From Pseudobdellovibrionaceae bacterium (GTDB taxonomy: Bacteria > Bdellovibrionota > Bdellovibrionia > Bdellovibrionales > Bdellovibrionaceae), in assembly GCA_041288045.1 (NCBI GenBank), contig JBGGMM010000217.1:1-23946 (forward strand): a stretch of 23,946 bases of DNA, given 5' to 3'. The notes under the pieces are model-generated. The model was not told the origin of the DNA, did not search any database, and saw only the letters and a program-made list of their open reading frames with translations. Each line of letters opens with the position of its first letter. The first letter of the stretch is position 1. A program made the translations under genes and the position numbers. Positions 22,824-23,946 of this stretch are shown one piece after another.

Positions 22824-23765
22824 TCAACCCAAAAATTCTTTTTCAGCTTCCAGAATTTCCTCATCCGAAGCCATTTCTGATTCGTCGGTTGGCTCTTCGA
22901 GCGCCAACTGCTCATCGGGATCGACTTCATCAGGTAAAATAAAATCCTCATCGGCTTCAAGCTTCTGAGCTTTTTCCATCATTTGAGCAGCCACTTCATC
23001 GGCCCGCATGGAATCGTACTCTTCCACCCGATCCAGCACATTGGTCTCAATCGGTTTTTTCGCTTCAGCGTAGATCTCTTGGTAGGTGTCGCTTTGGTAA
23101 AGCGAAATAAACCCCATTTTACCAAGCTCTAAAAGTGAGAGGAAAGTGATCAACACCTGTCGTTTTTTATCAGAAGAAACATCAATCAGCTCGGACATGG
23201 CCACTTGCGAGCCGACGATCAGACGGTCTTTGATTTCCAAAATGCGGCTAGCAATACTTTGCGCTTTAGCCGCCACTTGATGAATTTTCTTTTTGATCGA
23301 ACGAATTGCATTTCGATAAGCCGAAATCAAAGAGAAAAGGGCATTGTCTTCAAGCACGATCTCTTCTTCTTTCATGTCCAACTTTTCGCGTACCCCCCGC
23401 GAAAAAACATCCCGACCCAAAAGCGGTCTTTCATAAAGGCTTTTGGCCGCTTCTTGGTATTTTTGGTACTCGAGAAGTCTTTGCACCAATTCTTTTCGAG
23501 GATCTTCCGTTTCAATGATTTCGCCATTTTCATCATAGGTTGGCAAAAGCATGCGGCTTTTGATCTGCAGCAAAGTCGCCGCCATAGCAATAAATTCGCC
23601 GGCCACTTCGAGATCCAGTTCCTTCATCAATTTGATGTATTCAAGGTACTGGCTGGTGATTTCATTGATTTTAATATCCATGATGTCCATCTCTTCCTTG
23701 CGGATGAGATAGAGAAGAAGGGCCATAGGTCCTTCAAATTTTGGCAATTGAATCGTCAAACTCAT
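22824..23765 (-). CDS. scpA: Segregation and condensation protein A (kleisin)
   Basis: FEGPMALLLYLI, EFIAMAATLLQIKSRMLLP, DPRKELVQRLLEY and TFLSLLEL. Directly upstream of scpB. ATG 23765 is preferred over TTG 23783. Confidence 0.95.
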   Translation of the reverse strand: MSLTIQLPKFEGPMALLLYLIRKEEMDIMDIKINEITSQYLEYIKLMKELDLEVAGEFIAMAATLLQIKSRMLLPTYDENGEIIETEDPRKELVQRLLEYQKYQEAAKSLYERPLLGRDVFSRGVREKLDMKEEEIVLEDNALFSLISAYRNAIRSIKKKIHQVAAKAQSIASRILEIKDRLIVGSQVAMSELIDVSSDKKRQVLITFLSLLELGKMGFISLYQSDTYQEIYAEAKKPIETNVLDRVEEYDSMRADEVAAQMMEKAQKLEADEDFILPDEVDPDEQLALEEPTDESEMASDEEILEAEKEFLG

Positions 23766-23796
23766 GTTTTTCCGTCCATGCAATCAACCCCCGAAG

Positions 23797-23946
23797 TCAT
23801 CTTAACTTCATGGTCTCTTTGATCATTTTCAATGTGATCTGGGCTTCTTGGCGGGCTTTTTCGCAACCCGCTTGAATCATTGAATCAAGCCTTTGGGACT
23901 GATTCAACAAATCTTTTTTCTTTTCTCGAGGTTCTTTGACCAAGTT
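23797..23946 (-). CDS. trpS: 3' end of a gene running off the window, probably tryptophanyl-tRNA synthetase
   Basis: Manual translation gives NLVKEPREKKKDLLNQSQRLDSMIQAGCEKARQEAQITLKMIKETMKLR*, which resembles the TrpRS C-terminus (G.EKAR..A..TL..V...M). trpS-scpA-scpB is a common gene order. Confidence 0.75.
   Translation of the reverse strand, partial: NLVKEPREKKKDLLNQSQRLDSMIQAGCEKARQEAQITLKMIKETMKLR

Noticed and set aside
22250..22942. 230-aa Ser-rich plus-strand ORF
   Set aside because: It is the antisense shadow of the Glu/Asp-rich scpB and scpA codons.
23205..23822. 205-aa plus-strand ORF
   Set aside because: It is antisense to well-supported scpA and has no domain features.

Overview
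A compact, gene-dense bacterial chromosomal window. It is most likely from a Bdellovibrio-like (Bdellovibrionota) organism; this is an inference from gene content: a QNC-type lipoprotein signal, a GYF_2-PilZ protein, an acidic extended ScpB and a FliA-type promoter. It holds about 20 mostly core genes: lon, a YceI protein, a patatin, kup, a response regulator plus a large pseudo-receiver protein, an FMN reductase, a GYF_2-GYF_2-PilZ protein, an MnmC(m)/MnmD-like methyltransferase divergent from a TIGR01212 (YhcC/YtqA-MnmL) radical SAM, tonB plus a BtuB-like receptor, class Ia nrdAB with NrdR boxes, an SdpA-like/HTTM pair, scpB, scpA and the 3' end of trpS. I found no CRISPR array, rRNA, tRNA, transposase or phage gene. 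The most striking signal is that three unrelated genes (kup, the pseudo-receiver protein and the SdpA-like gene) each have an in-frame ATC codon 5-6 nt after a GGAG(G) Shine-Dalgarno. In two of them, N-terminal structure that looks required lies upstream of any ATG/GTG/TTG. This suggests recurrent AUC initiation. Other leads are a possible MnmL+MnmD tRNA U34 pathway, a hairpin-rich REP/MITE-like element with GNA triloops, an sdpAB-like module next to a Cys-rich secreted protein, and a FliA promoter with TGAGAC motifs. All family calls come from motif recognition by eye; no database searches were run.
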